Program-made: the position numbers and the translations under genes
The notes under the pieces: model-generated
What the model was told of the DNA's origin: nothing
Database searches by the model: none
What the model saw: only the letters and a program-made list of their open reading frames with translations
NCBI GenBank assembly: GCA_963828525.1
Contig: CAWHEP010000011.1
Location: forward strand, 64,001 to 128,000
Reading direction: 5' to 3'
Source of the DNA: an uncultured Verrucomicrobiae bacterium
GTDB lineage: Bacteria > Verrucomicrobiota > Verrucomicrobiia > Chthoniobacterales > Chthoniobacteraceae
DNA: 64,000 nt
Shown here: one piece after another, positions 20,620 to 33,341 of the stretch
Layout: each line of letters begins with the position of its first letter
Numbering within the stretch: the stretch's first letter is position 1

Positions 20620-22783
20620 ATGCAGTTTCTCTCCCCCTGGATGCTCGCCGGTTTCGCCGCGCTTGCGGCTCCCATTGTCATCCATCTCTGGCAGCGGCGG
20701 CGCGTTGTGGAAGTGCGCTTCAGCACTCTGAAGTATTTGCGGCGGGTCGCGGCTCGCACGAGCCGCAGCGCCAAGCTGGAGAATCTACTCCTCCTGTTGC
20801 TTCGGTGTCTCGTATTCGGCCTTTTGGTGTTTGCCGCCTCCCGCCCGGTGGTGTCGAGCCGCTCCATGAAGCTGCTCGGCGGAAACGCGCCAAGGACCGC
20901 GGTCCTGCTGATCGATAACTCGATGAGCATGGCTTACAAGGTGGGCGAAGAGACCCGGCTCGCGATGGCGAAACGTCAGGCCGCCGCCGTTATTGATGAT
21001 CTCAAACCGGGCGACGAGGCGGACCGTCTTTACTGTCAACGATCATGCAATGCCCGTGGTGGAACAGCCTACGCTGGATCACAGCGTCGCCCGGCGCGGC
21101 GTTGAAAGTATAACCCAGTCGGAGCAGGCAACGGATTTTTCGAGCGCCCTGGTCGCCGCGCGCCGGATCCTGACGGCGAGCACGAAGCCCATACGCGAGG
21201 TTTATCTCTTCACAGATAACCAGCAGGAAGGGTGGCATTTCGATCCCTCGGCGGTATTCGGAGAAGAGTGGAAGAAAAGGGAAATCCAGTTGGTGGTGAT
21301 TCGCCCCGACGAGACGCAAGCCGTCAACGCGGCGGTCCTCAATGCCCGGCTGACGTCGCCGCTGGTGACTGAAAGCTCTCGCGTGAACGGCGTCGCCTCT
21401 GTCGCCAATTGCTCTGCCGCTCCACTTCATGACGTCCTCGAGATCAAGCTGGGAGACGCGACGGTGGCGAATCTGCCGGTGGAAGCGGGCGCGGGGGCGA
21501 CCGTGGACGTGGGGTTTGAATTCCAGATGCCGTCCGTGGTTAACGGACATTGCGCGCGGGCCATCGCGAAGTTGCAGGGGGACAAGCTGCCGTTGGATGA
21601 TCAGTTCTACTTCACCGTTCCCATCTATCAGGCTCCGCACGTGATGATTTTCGAAGGTCAATCCGCGGGCCAGGAGCGTTTTCGTTCCGGCTACTTCTTG
21701 CAACGGGCCCTCGAGGCGGGATCAAATTACTCGCCCCCAACTCTCCCGGCGGGAGATATCGAGGACGCAGCCGTCAATCAGTATTCCGCCATCTTCCTCG
21801 CGGACGTAGCGTCCCTTAGCGATCGCGCAATCGTGAAACTCGACGCGTACAGCAAGTCGGGAGGCACAGTTGTGTTCCTGCCGGGCGACAGGGCGGATCT
21901 CGCGGCTCTTGCGCGCATCCCCTTTCTGCCGGGGACGCCGCTTCGCGAACGCGATCTGCCAGCGGGACGGCTTTCGTCGCGCATCATGGATCCCGGCAAC
22001 CCGGTGTTTGCAAATACATGGAATCAGGCGAGTCCATTCCCTCCGCTGCCGCAACGCAGGTTGATCGAATGGAAGGTAAAGCCCAACGCGCAAGTGCTGG
22101 TGACGGTCGCCGACACTGAAGCTTTCGTTCTTTCGGCGGATAATGGGGCGGGCAAAGTACTCATCATCAACGCTTCACCGGATCGCGCGTGGGGTGATTT
22201 TCCTTTGTCGCCCGCCTTTCTGCCGCTCATCCAGCAGATTGCTCTTCTTTCATCTGAGCATGGAAGGTTGGAGCACGGTTTCAGGGTGGGACAGCCCGTG
22301 CCGGCCGGCCCTGCGTTGCCACGCGATCAACCCCTTGTCATCACAATGCCGGACGGTTCGGCGCGCCAGGTCTTGCTTGGGGAAAAGCCTCTCCTGCTCG
22401 ATTCCGTCAAGCAGGCGGGCTTTTACCAGGTCTCCAGCCCGAGCGTTCCCAACCTTTTAACGTTCGAGGTGAATGTGGAAGGCAAAGAGTCCGACCTGCG
22501 GCCAATTTCCGGGGAGGCGCTTGCCATGATAGTTCCGCACGAAAGCGTTGCCGGCTTGGACGCCCTGAAAATCTGGCTCGCGCAGAGCCGCGGCATGCGA
22601 CCGCTCTGGCCGCTGCTCGTCGTTTTACTCGCTTTGGCGTTTGCGGCTGAATCCGCGTTTTCCAACCTCGCGGCCCGCAACCGCTCCCAGGGAGGCGATA
22701 CCCGGATCAAGACAGGCAGGCTGAACAAACGCCGGAGCGGAAATCCATTCCGCCCGGCCGCTGAGGCGGAGGCCGGCGCGTGA
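20620..22783 (+). CDS. BatA-domain + VWA membrane protein (apparent frameshift near 21020)
   Basis: 'PIVIHLW...FSTLKYL...LLLLLRCL'; MIDAS 'DNSMSM', 'FTDNQ'. Confidence 0.85.
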
Positions 22784-24966
22784 ACGATCTTTCGTTCCAT
22801 CCTGTTTTACCTTGGCCGGCACTTTTTGCCGTTCTTCTGATCGCTGCAATACTGACTTTCTGGACGCTCATCACCGGGTTTCGTTCCCTCGCAAGAGTCG
22901 CGGTTTTAGGCGGGTTGCGATTGCTAGCGCTTGGCGTTGTCGCTTTCGTGATGCTTCAGCCTCAGTTGCAGCGTCACGACGTCACAATCCTCCGGCCCCA
23001 GATCGCGGTGCTAGTGGATAATTCTCTCAGCATGACGGACCCGGTGGATCCCTCTCAACCGCTCAGAGCCGCGCGCGCGGAGGAGTTTCTTGGATCTCCC
23101 GCTCTGGCGGCCGCGCGCAAGGATTTCGATGTACGAGTGTTCACCCTGGATCAAGCCGAACTGACGGGCGCAACGCAACGAGTGACCTCCACGCTAAATA
23201 CTTCAAACATTCTTACAGCCATCGGGGAGGCGCAGGATCATTTCCGTGGACAGCCCCTTGCCGCGGTGCTGCTGCTTTCCGACGGACTGGATACCAGCGG
23301 AGAAGAGAAGGCGGCTAGCATTGCTTATTCGGCGCCCGTTTACACCTTTGAACTTGAGAAGCCGTTTGTTCCAAAGAAGCGCCAACAGCGGCTTTCCATC
23401 GCAAACGCCGACTTCCCGCCCCGGGTGGTAACGGGGTGGCGAAGTGATCTGCGAATCGGAGTCGCGGGGATAGGGATGAGCGGGCAGTCCGTGCCCGTCG
23501 AACTTTGGAGAAACGGGAAGAAGGTCGGAGAAGCGAGCACCTCTTTCAACGAGGAGGAGCAGACGCGGCAATTGACTTTCCAGGTGTTGCACGAGGCTCC
23601 CGGTATCGAGCAGTACGAGGCGCGGGTTCGGGACGCGGCGGCGGACAAGGAGGCAAGGGCGTATCCGTTTTCCATTGAGGTGCTCGAACCCGGCAAGAGG
23701 GTGCTCTACATCCAGAACAAGCTCGGGTTTGACCTCAAGTTCCTGCGCAAAGCCATTGTTTCAAATCGCAACCTGCAGTTGAGCGCATTCGTGCGGTGGG
23801 TGGATGGCAGGATGGTCAGCCTGGATGACCGGGCGGATCAGCCGGCGCTTGATCTTTCAGCCAAGGCTCTCATGAGCAACTCCGTCATTATCCTTGGCGA
23901 CCTCGCGCCTGACGCCCTGTCCCCGGAAAGCTGGAGCAACATTCGGCAATTCGTGGATCACGGGGGCGGCCTGGTTCTCCTGGGAGGCACAAAGTCTTTC
24001 CCGGATGCCGGGTATGGCCGTGATCTTGGCCAGATGCTCCCCGTCAAAGTCCCCGCGCAATACAGGGAAGGAAGCTTCTCCATCCGGCTGACGCAGACCG
24101 GCTTGCACCACCCCGTGTTTGGGCCGCTCTTTGCCGAGGTGAGCGATTTTCCGCCGCTCATCTCTTTGAACGCGACCGATGAGGTCGCGCCCACCGCGGA
24201 GGTGCTGATGGAGGCAGTCGCGGATGGAAAGTCACAGCCGCTGGTTGCCGCCCTCCGGTCGGGGCAGGGGAGGGTCGTCTGCGTAATGACCGATTCCGTG
24301 TGGCGCTGGCGCCTTGGCGCAAAAGCCTGGCGGGCGGATAAGTCTCCCTACGACACCTTTTGGGCCCAGTTGATGGACTGGCTGATTCCAAAGGAAGACC
24401 AGCAACAAGCTCCCAACTCAATGGAACTCTTCACCGAGCGCTCTTCCTACATTCTTGGAGAAAAGCCGGAGATCCGCGCGATCATCCATACGCTGAGCGG
24501 CAGGCAGCCGGGTATGCTCCAACTCACTGTCGGGACGCCGGATGAAAAGACGTTTGAGTATGCCATGCGCCCGGCTCTCCTGCAAAGCCGCGGGGGTAAA
24601 TCCACCGCGGGGTTTGTCGCCACCGTAGAACCCAATGTCGCGGGCATTTTCAAGGCGTCGGCGTCGTATGATCCTGGAAGCGGGAAAATTGGAGGCGAGA
24701 TGCGGTTTGTTGTCACGCGCCCCGCCACGGAAATTACGGGCAAGCCGATAAATCGTGATCTCCTCCACAAAGTGGCTGAGGCAAGCAAGGGCAGCTATCA
24801 AAAGCTAGGAGAGTGGGATCAATGGCGCGGGAAGCTGCATTTTGAGGAACAGCACTTCTCAAGACTGGAACTTATCGAACTCTGGAACTATCCTGTTGTT
24901 CTGGCGGCGTTGATGCTCCTCCTCACCGCTGACTGGATCACCAGAAAAGTGTGGCATCTCCCTTGA
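22780..24966 (+). CDS. VWA + glutamine-amidotransferase-like domain membrane protein
   Basis: 'DNSLSM', 'LLSDG', 'FVDHGGGLVLLGG', 'WRWR', terminal 'DWITRKVWHLP'. Confidence 0.8.
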   Translation: MNDLSFHPVLPWPALFAVLLIAAILTFWTLITGFRSLARVAVLGGLRLLALGVVAFVMLQPQLQRHDVTILRPQIAVLVDNSLSMTDPVDPSQPLRAARAEEFLGSPALAAARKDFDVRVFTLDQAELTGATQRVTSTLNTSNILTAIGEAQDHFRGQPLAAVLLLSDGLDTSGEEKAASIAYSAPVYTFELEKPFVPKKRQQRLSIANADFPPRVVTGWRSDLRIGVAGIGMSGQSVPVELWRNGKKVGEASTSFNEEEQTRQLTFQVLHEAPGIEQYEARVRDAAADKEARAYPFSIEVLEPGKRVLYIQNKLGFDLKFLRKAIVSNRNLQLSAFVRWVDGRMVSLDDRADQPALDLSAKALMSNSVIILGDLAPDALSPESWSNIRQFVDHGGGLVLLGGTKSFPDAGYGRDLGQMLPVKVPAQYREGSFSIRLTQTGLHHPVFGPLFAEVSDFPPLISLNATDEVAPTAEVLMEAVADGKSQPLVAALRSGQGRVVCVMTDSVWRWRLGAKAWRADKSPYDTFWAQLMDWLIPKEDQQQAPNSMELFTERSSYILGEKPEIRAIIHTLSGRQPGMLQLTVGTPDEKTFEYAMRPALLQSRGGKSTAGFVATVEPNVAGIFKASASYDPGSGKIGGEMRFVVTRPATEITGKPINRDLLHKVAEASKGSYQKLGEWDQWRGKLHFEEQHFSRLELIELWNYPVVLAALMLLLTADWITRKVWHLP

Positions 24967-25607
24967 ACAAATTACTCGCCGGTCTTGGTTTAATCTTGCT
25001 CGCTGGCTCAGCCTGCCGGGCTCAGACGAATCTGATCCCGAACCCCGATTTTTCAGACAAGGCTGAACCCTTGAAAGGCTGGCGGACTGACTTTCCCTAC
25101 GAGGAGTATTACGTGGACAACGTCAAATACGTGAAGGTGACCGACGAGAAGGGGGGAGCACAGTCCGGCAAGTCTGTGGTGCTCGATCTGCCAAACGGTG
25201 TGGCGAGCGGTCAAGGCGGGAAGATCGAAACCGCTTTTGTAAAAATCGAGCCGGGCGCCACCTATCGCGCGGAGATTGACTGCATGACATTCGACTATAT
25301 GGCGAAACTGTTCGCCGAGGTTTACGCGCTGGATCCCATCCCGATCCATAAGCCGGACAAGTTCCGCGTCCCTGCCTGGAATGGCATGCCCGCTTTAGTC
25401 ACCGTTTTTCGGGCGGACTTTTCCGATCCGCCGCCCAACTCCAAAAAGTGGACGACGTGCAAGCGGGAGTTCAAGGTTCCACAGAAGGTGTTGGTGCTTA
25501 AACGGCCCGAGGAGCCGCAGTATTGCGCGCTGAAGGTCGTTGTTTATGGGTTTGCCCCCACCGGCAAATCCTACTTCACAAACTTCCGGCTGGTTAAGAT
25601 CAACTAA
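24963..25607 (+). CDS. Exported protein with a CBM4/9-like (galactose-binding) domain
   Basis: Signal peptide then 'NLIPNPDF...GW'; ends 'YFTNFRL'. Confidence 0.55.
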   Translation: MNKLLAGLGLILLAGSACRAQTNLIPNPDFSDKAEPLKGWRTDFPYEEYYVDNVKYVKVTDEKGGAQSGKSVVLDLPNGVASGQGGKIETAFVKIEPGATYRAEIDCMTFDYMAKLFAEVYALDPIPIHKPDKFRVPAWNGMPALVTVFRADFSDPPPNSKKWTTCKREFKVPQKVLVLKRPEEPQYCALKVVVYGFAPTGKSYFTNFRLVKIN

Positions 25608-25612
25608 ATCGG

Positions 25613-28600
25613 ATGCCCCTTTCACCGCAAACCGTTCACACGCGGCTCCGCGAAGCGGGAAAAGCATTTCGATGGTCTTGCGCCGGGCGCTTTCTCATAT
25701 CGGGTGTCGCCGTTTCGCTCTTCTTCCTTGTAGCCTTCCTGCTATGCGACGCGCGGTTTCATCTCGGGCCGTCCCTGCGCTGGACTGGCTTTTTTCTGAC
25801 TGTGGTCCCGCTCCTGTCTGGCATTGCGCGAGGTCTTCCGGCGTGGTTCCGACCCATCCCGGAACTCGCGATTGCGCGGCGCATCGAAGTCGCCTGTCCG
25901 GGCTCAGGTAACGCGCTGATAAATGCTGTGCAGTTCGATCTCGAACTCGCGCGCGGGTCCGCATTGCGCGCCGCCGTTTTTGCTGAGATGAACGATCCGT
26001 TTCCACGGGTTGATTGGACGGAAGTATTCGATCTCGCGCTATTGAAGAGACTGGGGATGGCGCTTGGAGGAGTCGCGCTCATTCTCGTGCTGTGGGCTTT
26101 TATAAGGCCGACCTATTTTCTAAATTCCGCGCAGCGCATTTTTCTGCCGGGTAGCAATATAGCGCCGCTCACCCGGACCAAGCTGGTGGATCTTTTTCCT
26201 GGCACAACAAGCGTTGTGCATGGGGGAGACCTGGAACTTACCGCGCGTTTCGGCGGAGAAATCCCGCGGACGGCGTGGGTTTGCTTCCGTGAGTCCGGAT
26301 CCACCTGGCAGCGTGAGTTGATGAGCCGCCAGGTCGGCGAGCCAGACTTCAGCTATCACTGGAAAGACGTGAGGCAGCCGTTCGTTTATTTTGTTGAAGC
26401 GGGTGATCTGCGGACAAGTGATTACGCAGTCAGCGTTCGGCCACGAACTGCCTTGACTCGACGAGCGGCCATCATTGTTCCTCCCGCATATAGCCACCTG
26501 CCAGCGAAGAATGTGGAAGGGTTTACGGTCCTCGATGGAATATTGCCCGGGTCGAAAATTACTTTTGACCTTGCTTTCAACAACCCCGTTACATCGATCT
26601 CCGCGGTAGACGAGAAGAACGAACCTGTGGAGGCAAAGAGAGTTGGCGATGCGCGATGGACGATGTCAGCCGCTGTGACTGCCAACCGAAGTCTGGCGCT
26701 TGCCTATCGCGATGCGGAGGGCGCGCTCAATACCGAAACCCTCGCGATCAACGTGAAGCAACAGGACGCTCCGAAGATCATCATTACAGAACCACAGGAG
26801 GGCAGGCAGTTGCTTGGATCGCCCGCTTCCTCTTTGGTCATTGATTTTAGCGCTTCGGATGAACTGAGCCTGGGCTCCGTGGGGCTTTATCACAGCACCG
26901 CGGATCGGCAGGACGCGGAGTTGGTTCAGAAATGGGATGCCGCGAGTGGAAGAGCCAGTTTCAATGCTCACGCCATCGTGCCTCTCTCAAAGTACGCCAA
27001 AGCTGGGGACGACCGGATCGCATTCTGTATTGTCGCGCGGGATCAAAATGACGTTACGGGCCCGGCAGTCACGATTTCGCGTCCGCTCACGGTCTCTCTG
27101 GAAGACCCGGGCAAAGTTCAGGAACGGGCGACCGACGCGGCCGCAAGGCTTGAACAGAATTTACGGGCCCTTGTGAAGCTTCAGAGGGAAAACCTGGAGG
27201 CGACGCGCGCGGTTGCTGGTGAGATCGGCGCGCCTGACAGCGTGATGAAGGACATAGTCGAGCGCCAAATCACGGTCGGTGACCTTGGGAGCGGGCTCGT
27301 CGCGGCGGCGGCTGGCATTGCCCCGGAAGTACGCGAGACGCTTCGGTCACTCTCGCAGATGGAGATGCCATCGGCGGTTCTGTCGCTGCGGAACGCGGCG
27401 GGAGCGCCCTCCGCCGGGCGCGCGCCTTTGCTGGGGGCCGCGATAAGATTCGAAGCCGCAATCCTGACACGCCTTGAAAGCGCTCCATCGCAAGCGGATG
27501 AAGACGCGAGAAAGAGCCAGGCGCAGGACATCATCGCCGGCGTCGCTGAACTGCTGAGCAAGGAGCGCGCGATCCTGCATGAAACACCCGCGGCCACCTC
27601 CCAGACGGCGGGCGCTCTTTCGGATCGGCAGGATAACCTCGCGAGCGACTCCGTAAAAGTCCGCAAAGATGTGGAGAGGGACTCGCAGACCTCGTCGATC
27701 GGTGATCCCGATTTTCGAGCCCGCCTGGCAAAAATCGGCGGGCTGTTTGGCGAATTCCGCATCTATGAGGAGATGCTTGGCGCTGCTGAGAACCTTGGCG
27801 ACAAACAATTCCCGCCAGCTGTTGCCCGGGAGACAAAGGTGGTGAATGGCCTCGAAAAAATGGTGAGTCTGCTAAACCAATGGCAGATCGCGAAGGCTGG
27901 CGAGAAAGCGGAGGAAATAAAGAAAGAGGCCGAGAAGATGAAGGCTCAGTTCGACAAGCTGGAGGTGATCCAGAGCGCCATCCTGGAAAAGAGCAAGGAG
28001 CTGGCGCGGAAGGATCAATTTAGCGCCGCGGACAAGTCCTCGGTCGACGAGATCGCGCAGTCAAAAGAGTTGATGGCGAAGGTGCTCGAACAGATGCTGA
28101 CGGACGCGCATGTCTTCCCGGACATGAACATCTCCAACGAGTTGCGGGACGAACTGGTGAAAATCATAGATGACGTGAAGCAGGAGGACCTGGAGCAAAT
28201 TGCAAAAAATGAGCTGAAGCCCTCCGAGGTCGCCGTGCAAAAAGAAGATGGAATTCTGAAGGCCATTGAGGCGACAAAGCGCATCCCCGAGGACATGGAA
28301 ATGTGGCTGGCAAATGTGTCGACCACGACAAAGTTCCTGCAGGAGAACTTGATAAGACGGAGATACCGAACCTGCCGAATTTGCCCCTGCCGGATCAGTT
28401 TACGGATCTCGTCGGCGAACTGCAGAAGGAGCAGCAGGATATTCACGACAAGGTGCAGGACGCGGCATCCAACCAGATCGCTCTTGCACAAGCGAACGGC
28501 AACCAGGTCGCAGACGGGCCGATCCCCGGTTACAGCGCGCAGGGGAAATCCGGCAATCAGCGGCCGCAGGACATGGAGCAGTCGGGACGCTCAAGCGGGG

Positions 28601-29202
28601 GGCGCGAGGGCGAAGCCAATGGCGAAATGGTCGGCAAAGTAGCGGATGACATGGAGGGCACGAAGCCGCATGCCCGGCGCACGAACGATCCGATGCAGTC
28701 GGGCAACGTCGAGGATCCCAGCGGAAAAGCGGCAGACGCGAAAGCGACAGGCGGAGGAAAAGCGAGCGGTTTCAGCCAGCGGGACGGAATGGATGGCGAC
28801 GCGCCTGTCCGTGGCTCGAACGCTCCGAGGCAGCTTACGAATGACGCGCTTGCCGTGCAGCAGGCACTCCTGGCCGCAAAGACATCCAAAAAAGCGGCTG
28901 CCGCGTCGCTGCTTTATCTCCATTCCGAGAAGCTCACTGAAGTTTCGCGCATGATGCAGGACTCGCAGACGGCTTTGAAAGAAGGTCGCGTCCGCGATTA
29001 CGAAGGTTTGCACAAAAGGATCATGGCACAACTTTCGGATGCGGGCGGCGAGATAGCCTCAGGGAAAGTCCTAAGTCTCAGCACCCCGGAGTCCGCGCGC
29101 GTCGAGGACAGCCAACGGCTTGGAAGCAGCGAAGGTGAGGCCCCCGCGGCGTATAAAGATCGCGTCGCCGACTACTACCGATCCATCACCCAGGGGAAAT
29201 GA
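25613..29202 (+). CDS. DUF4175-like protein: 3 TM helices, Ig-like domains, long coiled coil, Gly-rich tail (apparent frameshift near 28345)
   Basis: 'ARRIE...NALINAVQ', 'PPAYSHLP', C-terminal 'PAAYKDRVADYYRSI'. Confidence 0.8.
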
Positions 29203-31211
29203 TCGGCGTTGGGTGGAGAGGCTCGTTCCTTGTATTTGCTTCGCTGATCGCGCGCGTCGCGTATAGCGCCGAGGATCCCGGCTGGGCGGTGAAAAGCGCG
29301 CCATATCGCGCGGTAATCAGAGCTGGCGAACCGCCGCATCACGCGGATGCTGGTTTTTCCATCTCGCTTCCGGGGATAGGATTGGCGAATCCCAATATCG
29401 AAGTCACGGATGAGGCCGCCGGGCTGTTCCGTCGTTTACCGCATGGCACTCGGATTTACTAGGTTCAGTAGTCCTGGCGCAAGGACTGGTTCCTCAAGCC
29501 ACCTATTATGTATATATCGGCCGGAAAGCAGGGCCAGATTGGACGCCAAAGCTCAGCCTGTTGTTCGAGACACGCACCGCTCCCGCCTCTGATGCTGTTT
29601 ACAAGGACTGGTCTGAACTATCGAGCGCGTGGAGGCGCGCTGGCGCCAGTGATGGCGCGGAGTTTGTCGGGAAAATCGTTGGTGGCCTGAACCCTTTCGG
29701 AGAACAGTTGAATTTCCTGTCGCACTACTCGGGATGGTTGCTCCCGCCCCAAGGCGATCTCGTCCTTTATACCCTTTCGTCGGACGCCTCCTTCATCTTT
29801 GCGGACGACAAGCTCGTGTTGCAATGGCCTGGCGTCCATGGGGGGAAAAGCTATGAAAACAACGCGCATAAAGCCGCCGTGCCGAACACGGGCGGGCCGA
29901 TCAAGATCGATTACTATCAGGGCAAAGGCGGCGAGGGCGCTCCTCAATCAGCGCTCGGGTGGAAAACCCCGGGAGGCCTGAAAATCATTCAGCCAGACTG
30001 CTGGCTTCACCCTGGGACCTGTGAGATCACCCGTTTTGAGGCGCAGGGGAAGCCGCTGCCGGTTGCGACTCTGAATTTAGTGTCCTACCTGGGATGGGCC
30101 GGCCAGTGGCTCTACGAGGTAAAATGCGCGCTTGAGCCCGCCGCGCTTTCTGGCTGGGATATCGAATGGCATTTCTCTGATGGCGCGGTTTTCAAGGGTC
30201 CGCAGTGCGCCCGGATCGTCGCCGATTCCGTTCGACAAGTTGTTACGGTACAAGCCCGAAGGGGCGGAGAACTGACTCAAACGTCGCAGCGCATGCCAGC
30301 TTTTGGGGCTCCTTCCAAAAACGCGCGTGAAGCGGGGAACGATGGATATCTGGAGAAACTGCGGCTGGAATCGCCTGCGCATTGGAGCGCGGCAGGGCTC
30401 GGCGCTGTGATGCCGTTTCTCACAGAGTTTGGCAGTGACGCGGATGTCGCGCCCTTCGCGGAGGCATGGTTCAAGTTGCGACCTGCTCCGTCGAATCCCT
30501 CGTGGCTTCCCGCGCAACTAGCGCGTTTGCGCTTCCGGGCGCAGGCTGACCCAAAAGGAGCAATGGCAGAATTGCGCGCCATCGACTCCGCTGCCAGGGG
30601 ATTGTATGAGAAGCAACTCAGTCTGTTCGAGATCGATCTCCTTGTTTACTTTCTTCATGATCCAACGGCGGTTGGTCGAGCGCAACAGGCAGCCCTTCTC
30701 TATCCGGATTCGGCCGAAGGCAAACTGGCTCGCATCCGCGTTGGGGATTATTACCGGCTCGCCGGAGATGTTCTCGAAGGCAGCCCTGCAGTACGCGGCA
30801 GCGCAACCGCTGGACGCGTCAGGAGGGCGCAAGCTTCCCGCGCAGGACCAGGCATTCTCCATGACGATTCGCGACATGATCGACAACGAATATAGTCACG
30901 AGGCCGACGCGAAGCTGCGCGAGTGGGAATTGAACCATCCCATGGCGAAGCTTACCACTGACTTCCTTCTTCTGCGCAGTCGCGTGCTGATGCTGTTTGG
31001 ACGCTGGCGTGAAGCGCGAGGAGAACTCGAGGCTTTCGCCGCCACTCATCCAGACAGCCCCTACCAGATCGAGGCGGATTACTATCGCGCTCGCGCGTTG
31101 TTTGAATTGGGCGGCAAGGAGGAGGCGAGAAAGATCTGGCTTGATCTCGCCCGGCAGTACCCACGCCACGAACTAGCCAACCCCAGCAGGGAGTGGGCAG
31201 CAAAGCCATGA
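29199..31211 (+). CDS. Exported PA14-like/PKD-like + TPR protein (several apparent frameshifts)
   Basis: Signal peptide; 'YSGWL...SSDASFIF.DDKLV'; 'EWHFSDG'; TPR-like 'ADYYRARALFELG...W.DLARQYP'. Confidence 0.6.
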
Positions 31212-31894
31212 ATTGCCGAGCCGGTTATCTCGTGATCCTTCTCGCGATTTGCTGCGAGGGTGTATTTGCGGACACTGTTCAGCGTATCTACACCGCGCCG
31301 GATCCCACTTCGCAAGGCGGTATCACTGGGTCGGTCAGTTTGCCCGTGACTCACGCCATTGCCATTGAACATGGCCACACAAAGGTCTATCGGGCCGGCA
31401 TGACGGATGGCGGGAAAACATTCCTTTTCGAACATCTTCCCATCGGCAAATACGACATCGTTTTGGTCACAGCGAGTGGAGCTGTCTTCGAAGGACTGGC
31501 TTTAGGAAATGAGCATCCAACTCTTTCCGCGGCGTCTTCCGCGAACCTGATCAAGCGGGTGGCCGCGCAGGACGCGTTCTTCAACCGCTACGTGACGCAT
31601 CGCCTTGGCTACGAGGGTGAGAATGCCTTCGCTTTTGTGGAACGCATCCGGGATAATCCAACATTGACGCAGGCCGGCGAACTGATGAAAGTGTCGTTGA
31701 GACGGCTCGAACTCATGGAGCTGGCTTCCGCTCAGGATGATTGGCAGTTGACTACCACACGGCATATTTACCGAGAAGAGGCTCCGCTGGGTAGGATTCC
31801 ATTCTTTGCTCATAAATATCTTCCTGAACTCGGGAACATTCGGGTCATCGACGCGGTGAAGAAGCTGGGCACAATCCCGCTCCTAATAAATTGA
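31208..31894 (+). CDS. Exported hypothetical protein (carboxypeptidase-regulatory-like beta domain)
   Basis: Signal peptide; 'GGITGSV', 'FLFEHLPIGKYDI'. Confidence 0.6.
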   Translation: MNCRAGYLVILLAICCEGVFADTVQRIYTAPDPTSQGGITGSVSLPVTHAIAIEHGHTKVYRAGMTDGGKTFLFEHLPIGKYDIVLVTASGAVFEGLALGNEHPTLSAASSANLIKRVAAQDAFFNRYVTHRLGYEGENAFAFVERIRDNPTLTQAGELMKVSLRRLELMELASAQDDWQLTTTRHIYREEAPLGRIPFFAHKYLPELGNIRVIDAVKKLGTIPLLIN

Positions 31895-31942
31895 ACGAGG
31901 CTATAAAGCCGCTTTCAGACACCATTCAACAATCCAATCCCC

Positions 31943-33341
31943 ATGCCTCACATCCGTCTTCTTACCGGAGCTGATCAGGACCGCATCCTGCAACTTGACG
32001 GAATTTCGGAGACGGAGGTGACGATCGGGCGGGACCCTGGCTGCGACATCGTTCTTGACGTGGATTCCCCGGCCTCCCGCCGCCACGCCACTGTATATAA
32101 GGCGGACGGACGATGGCGTATCAAGGATCTTGGCAGCGTCAATGGGACGTTGGTGAATCGTGTGCGGATAGCGGACAGTCCGCTGGCCGTCGGCGACAAG
32201 GTTACGATCGCGACCCTCCAATTCGCTTATGAGGAAAAAGTGGAGGGCGCGGATAAGCCATCCGCCGTTATCCCGTCTTTTTGTACCGCCCTCCGCTCCG
32301 GCAGTCGTGCTTCAGGAAGATCGAGAAGTCGCGGAAATCGTTCGCTCAATGAGCGAGAAGACGAAGCTCATCAAGCAGGAGATCGGCAAGGCGATCATTG
32401 GCCAGGCGGAGATTATCGGACAACTGTTAACCGCCATCATCTCAAATGGGCATGTGCTTATGATCGGCATGCCTGGACTCGCCAAAACGATGCTCATCCG
32501 GACGGTATCGGAAGTGCTCGATCTTGAGTTCAAACGGGTGCAGTTCACGCCTGATCTCATGCCCTCGGACATCACCGGCACAGACATCCTTGAGATAGAT
32601 GAAGCCACCGGCAAAAAAGAATACCGTTTCATCCAGGGGCCGATCTTTACCAACATCTTGCTCGCCGATGAGATCAATCGGACACCCCCTAAGACACAAG
32701 CTGCTTTGCTGGAGGCAATGCAGGAGCATAGGGTGACCGCGGCGGGACAGACGATGAAGCTTTCTCCGCCTTTCTTCGTCCTGGCGACGCAGAATCCGCT
32801 CGAACAAGAGGGGACCTATCCCCTGCCTGAGGCTCAGTTGGATCGGTTTATGTTCAGTATTTATGTCGATTACCCGTCCGAGGAGGACGAGGAGACAATC
32901 GCCAAAGTGACGACTCGCCAGGAGAAGATCGACCTGCGAAAGGTGCTGACGGGCGCGGAGATTCTCGAGTTGCAACAGGTTGTGCGGACGCTGCCCATTT
33001 CCGATCATGTCGTGAAGTTTGCCACGCGGCTTGTTCGCTCCACGCGGCCGGCAGATCCGCGCGCGCCGGACTTCATCAAAAAGTGGATTCACTGCGGAGC
33101 CGGTGTGCGCGCGTCTCAATATTTGGTGGTCGCCGCGAAAGCGCGCGCTGTTACGGAAGGGCGCCTGGTGGTCACGTGTGACGATGTTCGCAACTCAGCC
33201 CGCCCCATATTGCGCCATCGCATGTTCACGAATTTCACTGCTGATTCGGAGGGCATGGATACCGATAAGATCGTCCAGAAGCTGATACAGGCCGTGCCGG
33301 AACCCGGCGAAAAGGATTACGCCGTCGAGAGCCGCTCGTGA
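31943..33341 (+). CDS. moxR: FHA domain-MoxR AAA+ ATPase fusion (apparent frameshift at a T-run near 32280)
   Basis: FHA 'TIGR...ASRRHA...DLGSVNGT.VN'; MoxR 'GMPGLAKT', 'QFTPDLMPSDITG', 'LLADEINR', 'LPEAQLDRF'. Confidence 0.8.

Noticed and set aside
32275..32285. Programmed frameshifting between FHA and MoxR
   Set aside because: No canonical slippery heptamer, and background indel errors are frequent
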